From NCBI GenBank assembly GCA_963733035.1, contig CAVTBU010000009.1:256001-320000 (forward strand): a stretch of 64,000 nucleotides of DNA. Direction: 5' to 3'. The DNA comes from Pirellulales bacterium (lineage in GTDB: Bacteria > Planctomycetota > Planctomycetia > Pirellulales > PALSA-1355). Made by a program: the position numbers and the translations under genes. Shown piece after piece: positions 51,619 through 62,365 of this stretch. Below the pieces are notes generated by a model. That model had not been told where the DNA came from, ran no database searches, and saw nothing but the letters and a program-made list of their open reading frames with translations. The number at the start of each line of letters is the position of its first letter. The first letter of the stretch is position 1.

Positions 51619-52982
51619 GTGACGCGCAAGTCCTTTCAATTTGCCGCCCGAGTTGTGTTGGCGTCCTGCCTTGGGGCGACGTCTGCGGTGGCGCTCGCCC
51701 AGGCATTTGCGGACCCCGGTTTCGGAGACCCGACAACGCTCACCCGTCCGGTTAACGCCTTTTCGCCGCAATCGGGCCTGCCCATTGGCCTTCAGAACGC
51801 CGTCGTGCCGATGGCCCCGAGGCAACCCGGCTCGCCGGTTCGGCCGAACACCTGGCCGGGCGGCGCCCAACGCCAGTTCCTGGCTACGAACCGTCGGCAC
51901 AAACGGCAGCAGCCGTCCCAGCGGGCTATCGCATGGCGTCCGCCGTACCGACGACGGTCGAAAAAAAGTCCGCCGCGGATCCGCCATACGACCCGGCCGA
52001 GATTCTGGCCCGCGTCGGTGCGGAACGGATTCAGGCCTGCGAGGTGCTGCCCATGATCAACCGGGCGCTCAACAAAGCGGTCGGAGACAGTCCGGAGTTT
52101 GCGCAGCTGTCGCCAGATGACAAGCAGCGCGAGATTCAAAAGGCGCAGAAAAACTATTTGCAGGCGGCGTTGAAAGAAATGATCAATACGAAACTTTTGG
52201 TCGCTGAATTGCGCAACAACGCCGACCAGAAGGCGCTGAAGGAAAACGAAAAAAAGATACGCGACTTCTTCAATAGTGACTACCTTCCGCACCTGCAAAA
52301 GGAATATGGCGCCACGAGCGTCATCGACCTGGAAAACAAACTGCGCGCTCTGGGCGGTTCGATTGAAACGCAGCGAGCCTTGTTCGTCGAGCAAAACCTC
52401 GCCAGTGGATGGCTAGGACAGGCAGTCAAAAAGGAAGACAAGGAACCCACGCACGACGACCTGTTGGCGTACTATCACAAGCACGTGGCCCAATGGGATA
52501 CGCCGGCTCGCGCACGGTGGGAACAACTCACCGCCAAGTGGGACAACTTCGGTTCGCGCCGCGAGGCGGTCGCGACGCTCGCCACTTGGGGCAACGACGT
52601 CCTGGTTCGCGGCGTGCCGCTTGCACAGGTGGCCAAAGCCCATTCGCAGGACTTTGCGGCCGACGACGGCGGCGTGCACGATTGGGTCAACAAGGGCAGC
52701 TTGCGGTCAACTTCCCTCGATACGGCGATCTTCACCTTGCCGGTCGGGGCAATGAGTCGCATCATCGAGGACGAAGACGGGTGCCACATCATACGCGTGC
52801 TCACGCGCGAGGACGCCAAACGGGCGTCCTTCTCCGAAGTGCAAACGGAGATTAAGAAGGAACTGCACACCGGTGGCGAGGCGCAACGCCGAAAGGCCTA
52901 TATCGAGGAACTCCGAGAACGGACTCCCGTATGGACGGTCTTTGATAACGAAACCGACAGTTCCGCTGCTTTGACACGCTAG
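51619..52982 (+). CDS. Exported parvulin-type peptidyl-prolyl isomerase / SurA-like chaperone; frameshift at ~51867
   Basis: Signal peptide lies in ORF 51619; one added C in GCCCAA joins it to ORF 51933 (ILARVG, AKAHSQD, DGGVHDW, IFTLPVGAMSRIIE, GCHIIRV). Confidence 0.85.
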
Positions 52983-53348
52983 TCGGCGTCAACCTCGGCC
53001 GCTGGTGTCCCGCGCGCATCTGAGTATTCTATGCGCCCGGCGAGCAGTTCGTGTCACGCGAACTTTGCCGTCTACGATATCCATAATGTCCCGCGCCAGC
53101 GGCCGCGCGTCGCTGGCGGTGGGGCAACTAGAAGCAAAACTGCGCGCCGCGGCACGTCCGGTAAATACTTCCGCTCAAACCCCCAAATTCCACTATGAGA
53201 TTTCGGCTTTCAAACGATGCTCTTCATCCCCGCGCAGGTGCGGGCTAATTGTGTCGCCCGGTGCCAGCGACTACACTGAGGGTTTCCGCAGTTTTCCCAC
53301 CGCAAGTGCGGCCGCGAAAGTCTTCGCGTGCCAGAAAGGAAAGCCTCG

Positions 53349-54638
53349 ATGAGCGAGGTTGCCAAGCTTCAAATTGGTCAGCAACAGATCGATTTGCCGG
53401 TCGTGGTCGGCACTGAAAACGAGCACGGCGTCGATATTTCCAAGCTACGCGCCGAGACGAACTATATCACGCTCGACGAAGGCTACGTAAACACTGGCTC
53501 AACAACCAGTGCCATTACCTACCTGGACGGTGAGCAGGGAATCCTGCGGTATCGTGGCTATCCGATTGAAGTCATTGCCGAGCGCTGCGATTTCATCGAA
53601 ACGAGTTATCTGCTGATCTATGGTGAGTTGCCGACCGAGGAGCAACTCAATCGTTTTCGCATGTCGCTCCGCCGGCACACGATGCTGCACGAGGACATGC
53701 GATCGTTTTACAACGGTTTTCCGCGCGACGCCCATCCAATGGCCATTCTCAGTTCGGTGGTTGGCGCGTTGTCGACCTTCTACCAGGACTCGCTGAATTC
53801 GCGCGATCAGCGTCAGTGGGAAGTCTCCATCCACCGCTTGATTGCCAAGTTGCCAACAATCGCGGCCTACGCCTATAAGAAATCGATCGGTCAGCCGTTC
53901 ATCTACCCCCAGAACGACCTGTCGTACTGCGAGAACTTTTTGCAGATGATGTTCTCCGTGCCGAGCGAGCCGTATAAGATCGACCCGGACTTCGTCGAGG
54001 CGTTAAATCTGCTGCTGATTGTCCACGCCGACCACGAACAAAACTGTAGCACTTCGACGGTGCGAATGGTCGGTTCCAGCGACGCCAACCTGTTCGCCTC
54101 AATCTCGGCCGGGATTTGCGCCCTGTGGGGACCCCTCCACGGCGGCGCCAATCAAGCTTGCGTCGAAATGCTCGAGGCAATCCGGGCGGACGGCGGCGAC
54201 GTGGCCAGGTACGTCGCGAAAGCGAAGGACAAGAACAGCGGATTTCGCCTGATGGGCTTCGGTCATCGCGTCTACAAAAACTTCGATCCCCGCGCCACCA
54301 TCATCAAGCGAACTTGCGACAACTTGCTCGCCAAGCTGCATATCGACGATCCCATCTTTGAGATCGCCAAGGAGTTGGAGCGGGTTGCATTGAACGACTC
54401 CTACTTTATCGAACGAAAGCTCTATCCAAATGTCGATTTCTACTCGGGGGTGATCTACCGCGCGCTCGGCATTCCCGTGCAAATGTTCACGGTGCTGTTT
54501 GCCATTGGCCGGCTGCCGGGATGGATCGCCCACTGGAAAGAAATGCACGAGTCGCCAAACAAACGCATCTGCCGGCCTCGTCAAATCTACACCGGCCCCC
54601 GCGAGCGGGAATTCGTGCCGCGAGAAAAGCGCAAGTAG
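53349..54638 (+). CDS. gltA: Citrate synthase (type II)
   Basis: ITYLDGEQGILRYRGY, AHPM, HADHEQNCST, GPLHGGAN, GFGHRVYKNFDPR, YPNVDFYSG. Confidence 0.98.
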   Translation: MSEVAKLQIGQQQIDLPVVVGTENEHGVDISKLRAETNYITLDEGYVNTGSTTSAITYLDGEQGILRYRGYPIEVIAERCDFIETSYLLIYGELPTEEQLNRFRMSLRRHTMLHEDMRSFYNGFPRDAHPMAILSSVVGALSTFYQDSLNSRDQRQWEVSIHRLIAKLPTIAAYAYKKSIGQPFIYPQNDLSYCENFLQMMFSVPSEPYKIDPDFVEALNLLLIVHADHEQNCSTSTVRMVGSSDANLFASISAGICALWGPLHGGANQACVEMLEAIRADGGDVARYVAKAKDKNSGFRLMGFGHRVYKNFDPRATIIKRTCDNLLAKLHIDDPIFEIAKELERVALNDSYFIERKLYPNVDFYSGVIYRALGIPVQMFTVLFAIGRLPGWIAHWKEMHESPNKRICRPRQIYTGPREREFVPREKRK

Positions 54639-54983
54639 GCCCGACGCCTTCTGATGCTAGCAGTGGCAGGGCAAAGTGCCAGCGGCCAGGTTGCGTCCGC
54701 CGGCGATCGACTTTGACACACCGCCGTGCGCTGAGGGCATTTCTACGCGCCGTTCTTTCTTCTCCAGGTTTCCCGACCGTTAGACGGGCCGATGCGCTCA
54801 GGCGCGGTTGGCGGCTTGCGCTTCGGTTGTGCGCTCTGTTCAGCCGATACCGAATAGCGAGGCTCTGCCGCGCTTGGACTTGCCGTTAAGTCCGACCGTG
54901 TTGCCCCTATGCAGTCCCCCAAGTCGTCGCAGCAAAAATGGGCGGCCCGTAGGCCCGTCTCCCGACCAGTACAGAGGTTTTCC

Positions 54984-56030
54984 ATGCGGCCGATACTGAC
55001 TCTTGCGGCGGTCCTGGCATGCGCCGTCGGTGCTTGGCCCCAGGCTATCATGGCGCAAGTGCCGGCCATTCTAAGGCCGTCCAACGGCATCGAGGCACAG
55101 CCGCAGAATCCGCAGCAGCGTCCCCCGGTCATCACTGCGGTCGCGATCGTACCCGGGGGCAAAACCGTCGCCACGGCCGGCGACGACCACCTCGTGCGCC
55201 TATGGAGCACGACCACCGGCCAGCTCCTGTTTAAGCTGCAAGAACACAGCGACTGGGTCCGAGCTTTGGCGGTCAGCCCCGACGGAATGACCCTGGCATC
55301 GGCCGGAGACGATCACCGGGTTGTGCTTTGGGAGCTGTCCACTGGGAAGAAGCTTCACTCACTGCCGCCGCACCCGCACGTGATTTACTCACTGGCGTTC
55401 AGCCCCGACGGCAAGCTTTTGGCGACCGCGGGCTTCGAATCGAAAGTGCGCGTCTACGACGTGGAGAAACGCGCACTGCCCGACGAATTGGAAGGCCCCG
55501 GAGTGGACCTTCGAACAGTCGCCTTTTCCGCTGACGGAACTCGGTTGGCCGCGGCTGGCCGGAGCGGCAAGGTTCGCGTTTGGAAAATCCCGGGCGGAGA
55601 CGTCGACCTCGAGATTCCCTCAACCGGCGTTGGACGGCTACGTACGTTGGCCTGGCTGCCAGACGGCCAAATGTTGGTAACCGCCGGCGAGAATCGAATC
55701 GTCGCGGTATGGGATGCCCATACCGGAGCTCCCCTGCGGCGGATTCAATGTCCGGCCGGAAAATTGCTCTCCATGGTTGTTTGCGGCGACACACTGCTCG
55801 CGACCGGGGGCAGCGACAATGTAATCCGCGTTTGGAATTGGCAAGATGAAATCGAGACCGAACAACTCGTAGGGCATACCGGATCGGTTGCTTCGCTGGC
55901 CTACGATCCGGCAAGCGGCACGATCATTTCCGGCAGCTTCGATACGACCGTCCGCGTCTGGAAGCTCAAGCGGGTGGGTCCGGGCCAGGATACAGCCGTC
56001 GAACTGAATCAAGAATCACGGGTGCGTTAG
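54984..56030 (+). CDS. Secreted WD40-repeat beta-propeller protein
   Basis: Signal peptide; about seven repeats such as HSDWVRALAVSPDG..LASAGDD..V.LW. Confidence 0.92.
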   Translation: MRPILTLAAVLACAVGAWPQAIMAQVPAILRPSNGIEAQPQNPQQRPPVITAVAIVPGGKTVATAGDDHLVRLWSTTTGQLLFKLQEHSDWVRALAVSPDGMTLASAGDDHRVVLWELSTGKKLHSLPPHPHVIYSLAFSPDGKLLATAGFESKVRVYDVEKRALPDELEGPGVDLRTVAFSADGTRLAAAGRSGKVRVWKIPGGDVDLEIPSTGVGRLRTLAWLPDGQMLVTAGENRIVAVWDAHTGAPLRRIQCPAGKLLSMVVCGDTLLATGGSDNVIRVWNWQDEIETEQLVGHTGSVASLAYDPASGTIISGSFDTTVRVWKLKRVGPGQDTAVELNQESRVR

Positions 56031-56097
56031 CTGCGGGCGAAGGTCACGGGCAAGGATGCGTTTGAGGCGCTGGGAATCGAGACAAGGAGGATCGGCC

Positions 56098-59000
56098 GTG
56101 GGCCTGTTAGGAACAATCTCGAAACTGGGGCGCTGGTTCGACAACGCGCGCTTCGACGAACCGCACACCACCGCGCGCCGTTTGCGCATCTGCCGTTTCG
56201 AGGAAATCGAAAGCCGTCAATTGCTGGCCGCCGATCTGCACGTCGGCAGCGTGTACTACGAACAAGCATCTGGCGACGATCAGCTGCCGAACCTGATCCA
56301 GTTCACCTTCGAGGGAGGCGCACCCGGCACCCAGCTCACGCAAATCGTCATCGACGGAGACAAGAACAAAGACGGCAAGTCTTCTGGCGACGTCTTCTTC
56401 GACACCGCGCCAGGTGGCTATGGCTCGTTTCAATCCAATCCGTTCAAAGTCGTGAAGCATGACGGTTTTAGCGTCACGAACTTCCACGTGGTTGACGGCG
56501 GGATGAAGCTCGTCATCGACCTCGATGGGTTTACCGCCGGTGACACTTTATTAATCAGCATCGACGTCGACGAGTTTCAGTACGTCTTCGGGAGTGCCGT
56601 CGACACGAACGCGGTCGTCGAAGGCGGGGAGTTCCAGCGTTCGCATTTTGACGCCACTTTCCAGGCACCGCACTACCAGGACCTGACGACCCAGGTGTTG
56701 TTTTGGGATGCCTTCGACCAGAATTTTGCGAACGCCGCATCCGAGGCGGGCTCAACTCTCAAGCTGCCAAACGACCGCTATTCGACCACGACCGACCTAT
56801 CCGACCTGACGGCCGGCGCCGTAGCTGTTGATAAACAGGTCGCACTTCCCAATAGTCTGTCGGGCGTGGTTTACCTCGATCAAAACCTGAACAACCATCA
56901 GGACGCGGGTGACACGGGACTTGGTGGCGTGCACCTTGCCCTGCTGAAACTCGACGGCGGAAACTACGTCTCGACCGGAAAAACAACCGTCACCGACGCA
57001 CTCGGCCGGTACCACTTTGACAATTTGGAAATCGGCACGTTCCGCGTTGTTGAGACTCAGCCGAATGGCTATTTCAGCGTTGGCGCCACGCCCGGCAAGG
57101 TGGGAACGCAAACTCGGGGCGTCGTGACCACAAGCGATATTATCAGCCAGATCAATCTGCTCGGCGGCGAAGACAGCGTACACAACGACTTTGCGGAGTA
57201 TCTGCCGGTCAGCATTGCCGGCCGCGTCCACGTGAACACGACCGGAGATTGCTCCAACCCGGAGAACCCGCCCCTGGCCGGCGTAACCATCCACCTGCTG
57301 GATGCGTCGGGCAAGATCATCGACACGGTGACCACCGGGGCCGACGGCCGATACAAGTTCGACAACCTCCGGCCGGGTACGTACGGTGTGCAAGAGGTTC
57401 AGCCCATCGGTTACTTCAGCGGCGCCACGTTCGTCGGCTCGGCCGGCGGCGACAAGGGGAACGACATCGTCACGAACGTCATACTCACCTCGGGCATCGA
57501 CGCCGTGTCGTACGACTTTTGCGAGATCCCGCCCGCGAGCCTCTCGGGCTACGTCTACGTAGACACCAACAACAACGGCAAGAAGGATCCAGGCGAAGTC
57601 CCCATCGCCGGCGTGACCTTGATTCTCAAGGACTCCAACGGGCAACCCACCGGGGCGACGACCACGACCAATGCCTTGGGTTACTACGAGTTCACGGGCT
57701 TGCACCCCGGAACCTACGGCGTGGGTGAAGTGCAACCGTCGGGCTATTTGGACGGACTCGACTCGGCCGGCAGCGCCGGCGGCACCGCCCAGAATCCGGG
57801 CGACATGATTACCGGTGCCGTACTGGCCGGCGGCATGGCAGCCGTAAACTACAACTTCGGCGAACTGCTGCCCGTCAGCATCAGTGGCCGCGTGCACGTC
57901 AACGTCAACGGCGACTGCGACGACCCCAGCAATCCACCGCTCCCAGGCGTAAAAATCGAACTACTCAATTCCACGGGCCAGGTCATTTCGACAACGACGA
58001 CAGACGACCAGGGTTACTACATCTTTGATACGCTGCCACCGGGCACGTATAGCGTGCACGAGATTCAGCCCGACGGCTACTTTGATGGCGGTCAGGACGT
58101 TGGTTCGGCCGGCGGAGTGGAGCATGATGACTTGATCACCGACATCGTGCTGACCTCCGGCACGGCGGCGATTGACTACAACTTCTGCGAAATCCCTCCT
58201 GCCGAGCTGTGCGGCAACGTGTATGTCGACTTGAATAACAATGGTATCAAAGAAGCTGGCGAAATCGGCATCGCGGGAGTCACGCTGTACTTGAAGGACG
58301 CGAGCGGCAATCCACTTGGGGTCACGGTCGTGACCGATGCCAGTGGACACTACTGTTTTACAAACCTCCGCCCCGGTACCTACGGCGTCGGCGAAGTGCA
58401 GCCCGACGGTTACTTCGACGGCCTCGATACGCCAGGGACCGCCGGCGGTACGGCCATGAATCCAGGAGACATGATCACGGGCGCCGTGCTGACCGCCGGT
58501 TTACATGCCGAAGACTACAACTTCGGTGAGTTGCCACCCGCCGAATTGTGTGGGTACGTATACGTCGACGTCAACAACAACGGCGTCAAGGACCCAGGCG
58601 AGCAGGGAATCGAAGGCGCAACCTTGTACCTCAAGGGTGCCGACGGAAATCCGCTGGGCGTGACGGTGACGACCGACGCGACGGGTCTCTATTGCTTCGA
58701 GAATCTGCGGCCCGGAACATATGGCGTTGGTGAAATCCAACCGGACGGTTACTTCGACGGCCTCGACTCGGCCGGTTCCGCGGGCGGAGTGGCGATGAAC
58801 CCCGGCGACATGATCATGGGCGCTGTTTTGACGCCCGGCCTGCACGCGCGGAACTACAATTTTGGCGAGTTGCCCCCGGCGAGCATCGCGGGTCGCGTGC
58901 ACGTCAACACGACCGGTGATTGCGAAGACCCGTCCAATCCACCCCTGGCAGGGGTCACCATTCACTTGCTGGACGCAACGGGGAACATCGTCGCCACGGC

Positions 59001-60825
59001 AACGACCGGCGCCGACGGTCGATACCTGTTCGACGACCTGATGCCGGGAACCTACTCGGTGCAAGAGGTCCAGCCCAGTGAGTACTTCGACGGCGACACG
59101 TCGGCCGGCTCCGCGGGGGGCGACGCGACTTCCAACTTGATCGACAACATTGTGCTCATCTCGGGGTTGCATGCCATTGACTACAACTTCTGCGAGATCC
59201 CGCCGGCCACCTTGTCGGGACACGTGTTTCAGGATGGACCGCCGATACCCGTAGCCGTCCAGAATGAAGTCCCCGATGTGCTCAATTTGCGCGACGGCAA
59301 GTTGACGCCTGACGACACGCTGCTGCCGGGCGTTGTCTTGATGCTTCGCGACGGCGTGACCGGCCTGCCGATCTACGGTTCGACGGCGCTGGCTGGCCAT
59401 TACGCGGCCGATCAGCCCATCACCACGGTGACCGATTCCAACGGATACTATCAGTTTGTCGGCCTGCCGCCGGGCACGTACGCCGTGTACGAAGTCCGGC
59501 CCGACGGATACTATCCCGGCATCGACACGCCTGGTTCGACCGGCGGCGTCGTGATCAGTCCGCTAGTCGTAACCGATGCCGGCGTGTTGGGCGCGCTAGA
59601 AACGCCACCGGCCGATGACGCCCTGGTGCAGATTGCAGTGTCTGTGGGCGCCAATTCCACGGACAACAATTTCAGCGTTGTGACGACAGTTTTCAGCGTG
59701 CCCATCTTCCCGTTCCCGCCGAAACCGGGAGGCGGTGCGCCGGCACTGTTTCAGAACTACTTCCCACAAATTCAACCGGTCAATCCGCTGGTGATCACGC
59801 AAACTCCCTTTTACTTGCAGCCGATCCAGACGCGAGGTGGCGGGGCGTTTTACACCTGGCACCTCAGCGTCGTCGATGCGGGTTACCCGCGCGGCATCGT
59901 TGGCGAGGACGGGGTGCAACTTACGTCCGTCCGGCCCGAAGATCAAATCCTTTGGGCCGACGACCAGATGGACGACGCCGAGTGGACTCTGCTCGACTTG
60001 TCGGGCAAACAACCAGTCAAGCGGAACGTAAAGTTCGGCATGAAGAACAGCATTGCCGTTAGCGGCGACTTCAACGGCGACGGGCGGTTTGAATTTGGCG
60101 TGTTCAAAGACGGATACTGGTTTATTGACCTCAACGACAATGGAGTGTGGGATGCGGGCGATTTGTGGGCCAAATTAGGCCATCAGGGTGATCGTCCAGT
60201 TACAGGTGACTGGGACGGTGACGGCAAGACCGACATCGGCATCTACGGCCCCGCCTGGAGCGGCGATCCGCGTGCCATTGCCCACGAACCGGGTCTGCCC
60301 GACCCCGACAACAAGAACACCGACAAGCTCAAGAATATTCCGCGTCCACAGGAGCAGAATACGGTTGGACAGCGCACGCTCAAGCGGACCGCCGATGGCA
60401 AGCCCCGCAGCGATTTGATCGACCACGTGTTCCTATACGGGACGCCGGGCGATCATCCTCTCGTGGGCGATTGGAACGGCGACGGGGTCGACACGGTCGC
60501 GGTATTCCGCGATGGCTTGTGGCGCTGTGACAGCGACGGCGACGGCAAGCGAAGCGATTCCGACCAATCCGAAACGTTCGGTCATCACGGCGACCTGCCG
60601 CTGTCGGGCGACTTCAACGGCGATGGCATCGACGAGATTGCCGTCTATCGCGATGGCACGTGGTATATCGATACCAACAACAACGGCGTCATCGACAACG
60701 ACGACATGGTGCTCCAACTGGGCGGTCCGAACGACACGCCGGTCGTCGGCGACTGGGACGGTGATGGGCGCGACGAGCCCGCCGTGTTCCATCAGCCGCC
60801 AAGCATGCGTACCGCAGTGCGATAA
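56098..60825 (+). CDS. Large surface/adhesin-like protein: planctomycete extracellular motif, eight SdrD-B/Cna-B-like modules, FG-GAP-like C-terminal repeats
   Basis: GTG with AGGAGG RBS; RRLRICRFEEIESRQLLA; repeated SG.VYVD.NNNG...G.Y.F..L.PGTY.V.EVQP.GY; multiple GDFNGDG/GDWDGDG. Confidence 0.9.
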   Translation: MGLLGTISKLGRWFDNARFDEPHTTARRLRICRFEEIESRQLLAADLHVGSVYYEQASGDDQLPNLIQFTFEGGAPGTQLTQIVIDGDKNKDGKSSGDVFFDTAPGGYGSFQSNPFKVVKHDGFSVTNFHVVDGGMKLVIDLDGFTAGDTLLISIDVDEFQYVFGSAVDTNAVVEGGEFQRSHFDATFQAPHYQDLTTQVLFWDAFDQNFANAASEAGSTLKLPNDRYSTTTDLSDLTAGAVAVDKQVALPNSLSGVVYLDQNLNNHQDAGDTGLGGVHLALLKLDGGNYVSTGKTTVTDALGRYHFDNLEIGTFRVVETQPNGYFSVGATPGKVGTQTRGVVTTSDIISQINLLGGEDSVHNDFAEYLPVSIAGRVHVNTTGDCSNPENPPLAGVTIHLLDASGKIIDTVTTGADGRYKFDNLRPGTYGVQEVQPIGYFSGATFVGSAGGDKGNDIVTNVILTSGIDAVSYDFCEIPPASLSGYVYVDTNNNGKKDPGEVPIAGVTLILKDSNGQPTGATTTTNALGYYEFTGLHPGTYGVGEVQPSGYLDGLDSAGSAGGTAQNPGDMITGAVLAGGMAAVNYNFGELLPVSISGRVHVNVNGDCDDPSNPPLPGVKIELLNSTGQVISTTTTDDQGYYIFDTLPPGTYSVHEIQPDGYFDGGQDVGSAGGVEHDDLITDIVLTSGTAAIDYNFCEIPPAELCGNVYVDLNNNGIKEAGEIGIAGVTLYLKDASGNPLGVTVVTDASGHYCFTNLRPGTYGVGEVQPDGYFDGLDTPGTAGGTAMNPGDMITGAVLTAGLHAEDYNFGELPPAELCGYVYVDVNNNGVKDPGEQGIEGATLYLKGADGNPLGVTVTTDATGLYCFENLRPGTYGVGEIQPDGYFDGLDSAGSAGGVAMNPGDMIMGAVLTPGLHARNYNFGELPPASIAGRVHVNTTGDCEDPSNPPLAGVTIHLLDATGNIVATATTGADGRYLFDDLMPGTYSVQEVQPSEYFDGDTSAGSAGGDATSNLIDNIVLISGLHAIDYNFCEIPPATLSGHVFQDGPPIPVAVQNEVPDVLNLRDGKLTPDDTLLPGVVLMLRDGVTGLPIYGSTALAGHYAADQPITTVTDSNGYYQFVGLPPGTYAVYEVRPDGYYPGIDTPGSTGGVVISPLVVTDAGVLGALETPPADDALVQIAVSVGANSTDNNFSVVTTVFSVPIFPFPPKPGGGAPALFQNYFPQIQPVNPLVITQTPFYLQPIQTRGGGAFYTWHLSVVDAGYPRGIVGEDGVQLTSVRPEDQILWADDQMDDAEWTLLDLSGKQPVKRNVKFGMKNSIAVSGDFNGDGRFEFGVFKDGYWFIDLNDNGVWDAGDLWAKLGHQGDRPVTGDWDGDGKTDIGIYGPAWSGDPRAIAHEPGLPDPDNKNTDKLKNIPRPQEQNTVGQRTLKRTADGKPRSDLIDHVFLYGTPGDHPLVGDWNGDGVDTVAVFRDGLWRCDSDGDGKRSDSDQSETFGHHGDLPLSGDFNGDGIDEIAVYRDGTWYIDTNNNGVIDNDDMVLQLGGPNDTPVVGDWDGDGRDEPAVFHQPPSMRTAVR
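57211..59208 (+). repeat. Intragenic array of two module types in order A-B-A-B-B-A (A = 327 nt, B = 339 nt)
   Basis: Module starts at 57211, 57538, 57877, 58204, 58543 and 58882; the next, divergent module starts at 59209. Confidence 0.9.
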
Positions 60826-60857
60826 CGGACAATCGGCTGACGCACTAGCGGCCGGAG

Positions 60858-61022
60858 TTAGCCGATCTTTTCGAGCTCGGCCTTGGTCGCTGCAATGTCG
60901 CCTTCCAGGCGACGGACTTCTTCGGGGTCGTCCATCTGCTTGCGGGCGCCGGCAAGCTGTTGCTGGAGCTTTTGCATTCGCTGCCGGAGTACGTCCTGCT
61001 TCTTCTTCGCCTTTTTGTCCAC
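60858..61022 (-). CDS. Small coiled-coil protein (54 aa), below the ORF-track cut-off
   Basis: GAGGAG RBS then GTG; MDKKAKKKQDVLRQRMQKLQQQLAGARKQMDDPEEVRRLEGDIAATKAELEKIG*; starts 17 nt after the upstream stop. Confidence 0.82.
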   Translation of the reverse strand: MDKKAKKKQDVLRQRMQKLQQQLAGARKQMDDPEEVRRLEGDIAATKAELEKIG

Positions 61023-61039
61023 TCAAGTCTCCTCGCTGA

Positions 61040-61714
61040 TCAGTCCGTCGTGTCGGGTTCTTGCTGTTTGAGCCCCCGCACCAACAGCAGGGCGTCAATC
61101 GGCTGGAATTCGAAACATTCGCCCAGGAGTGTTGCGGCGGCGTACTCGTTGATCTCGGCAATTGTAGCGCCAAGGTCCTCGAACCGCCGCCCCAAATCAG
61201 GGTAGCGCTGCAACTGCCGCTGGAACGCCTGAGCTCCACGGCGGGCCTGGCTGGGCCGCACATCAAAGACCTCGGAGATCAGCCGGGCTGCGCTGGTCAA
61301 TTCGCCGCTTTTGGCATGTAGCACGATGCCGGCAAATGTCTCAACCATCGGTTCGGCCACTGGCTCGTCGCGCGACGGCGGAGCGGGCAATGCCAACACC
61401 GTCAGCGGGTTTGCCGCGTCCACGTCGAGTGTTGACGATGGGCTGCAAGCCAGGTCGGCGTAGACGATCTCACTGGCCGTCGCATCGGCCACGGGCTGGG
61501 GCGGAGCAGGCGGGAGGTTCGAAAGCATCGCGTTGAGATGCGCCAAACGTCCGCCCAATTGCTCGTAGATCTGTTCGATCTCGCTGAGATACGTGGCCCC
61601 TTCGGCGTCTTGTTCGATTTCATGCTGCGATTCGATAACCCGCAGCGTCAGCCGCTCTGCCAGGGCGTCGCGGGCCTTTTGCAAAATTGAAATGGCCTGG
61701 GAATGTGGATTCAT
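61040..61714 (-). CDS. Hypothetical helical cytoplasmic protein
   Basis: Clean 224-aa ORF co-oriented with its neighbours; N-terminal helix pair ILQKARDALAERLTLRVIE...LGGRLAHLNAMLSNLP. Confidence 0.75.
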   Translation of the reverse strand: MNPHSQAISILQKARDALAERLTLRVIESQHEIEQDAEGATYLSEIEQIYEQLGGRLAHLNAMLSNLPPAPPQPVADATASEIVYADLACSPSSTLDVDAANPLTVLALPAPPSRDEPVAEPMVETFAGIVLHAKSGELTSAARLISEVFDVRPSQARRGAQAFQRQLQRYPDLGRRFEDLGATIAEINEYAAATLLGECFEFQPIDALLLVRGLKQQEPDTTD

Positions 61715-61804
61715 GACTAACTACGGGGCTTGGAAGTGGGGCCGCCGCCTCTGATTTTCCCCCTTAGCGACATGAAATGCCGCATTCGGGGTGCTTCCTC
61801 CAGA

Positions 61805-62341
61805 TTAATTGAGCCGGAGCGCGGCTGCAAAAGGCTTTTGCGCTGAGTCCTGGGCCGCCCCCGCCGCCCGCTCAGCGGGCGGCTCTTTAGGCGTTTTCTC
61901 CGCGGTTCGCAGGACGCCCGACAGACATACCACCAGGACCGCCAGCAGGATGTTCAAGTTGAGCCACATGCGGGCATTTCGCCGCAGGGCCTCGGCTGCA
62001 GCGGTCTTCCCGACCAGCAAGCTGGCAATGGCAAAAATGACCAACGCCAGCAGGAACTTCATACCGAACACCATGTGGTACCAACGGGGCACCTGGAAAC
62101 GACTGATCGTGGTCATGAAATTGTACAGACCGCTCACCAGCAAAAATGCGATTGCCGCTGCCACCATCTTCGACCAGCGACCGCGCATTACGGCGTGCAG
62201 TTCGTCGCGCTCGTCGACTGGCAGGGGAGCGAGCGACGGAAATACGACAAAACGGGCAAAGATACTTCCCCCGACGGCCGTAATCGCCGCCAGGATGTGC
62301 AGCCAACGAAACACGAGCCCAAGGACGAACTGAAAATCCAT
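61805..62341 (-). CDS. Four-TM membrane protein (CopD/DUF2269-like)
   Basis: RWLHILAAITAVGG, LLVSGLYN, YHMVFGMKFLLAL; four hydrophobic helices. Confidence 0.75.
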   Translation of the reverse strand: MDFQFVLGLVFRWLHILAAITAVGGSIFARFVVFPSLAPLPVDERDELHAVMRGRWSKMVAAAIAFLLVSGLYNFMTTISRFQVPRWYHMVFGMKFLLALVIFAIASLLVGKTAAAEALRRNARMWLNLNILLAVLVVCLSGVLRTAEKTPKEPPAERAAGAAQDSAQKPFAAALRLN

Positions 62342-62365
62342 ATCACCACTCGCATTCAACAGAGA

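Noticed and set aside
52983..53348. Long intergenic gaps (also 39083-39491, 43653-44105, 54639-54983) examined for tRNA, ncRNA or small genes
   Set aside because: No cloverleaf, T-loop or recognisable RNA motif and no convincing RBS-led ORF seen by eye; an Rfam scan would be needed to exclude ncRNAs
57211..59208. Regularly spaced repeats considered as a CRISPR array or mobile-element repeats
   Set aside because: The repeats are 327/339-nt in-frame protein modules with synonymous divergence; no spacers, cas genes or transposase are present
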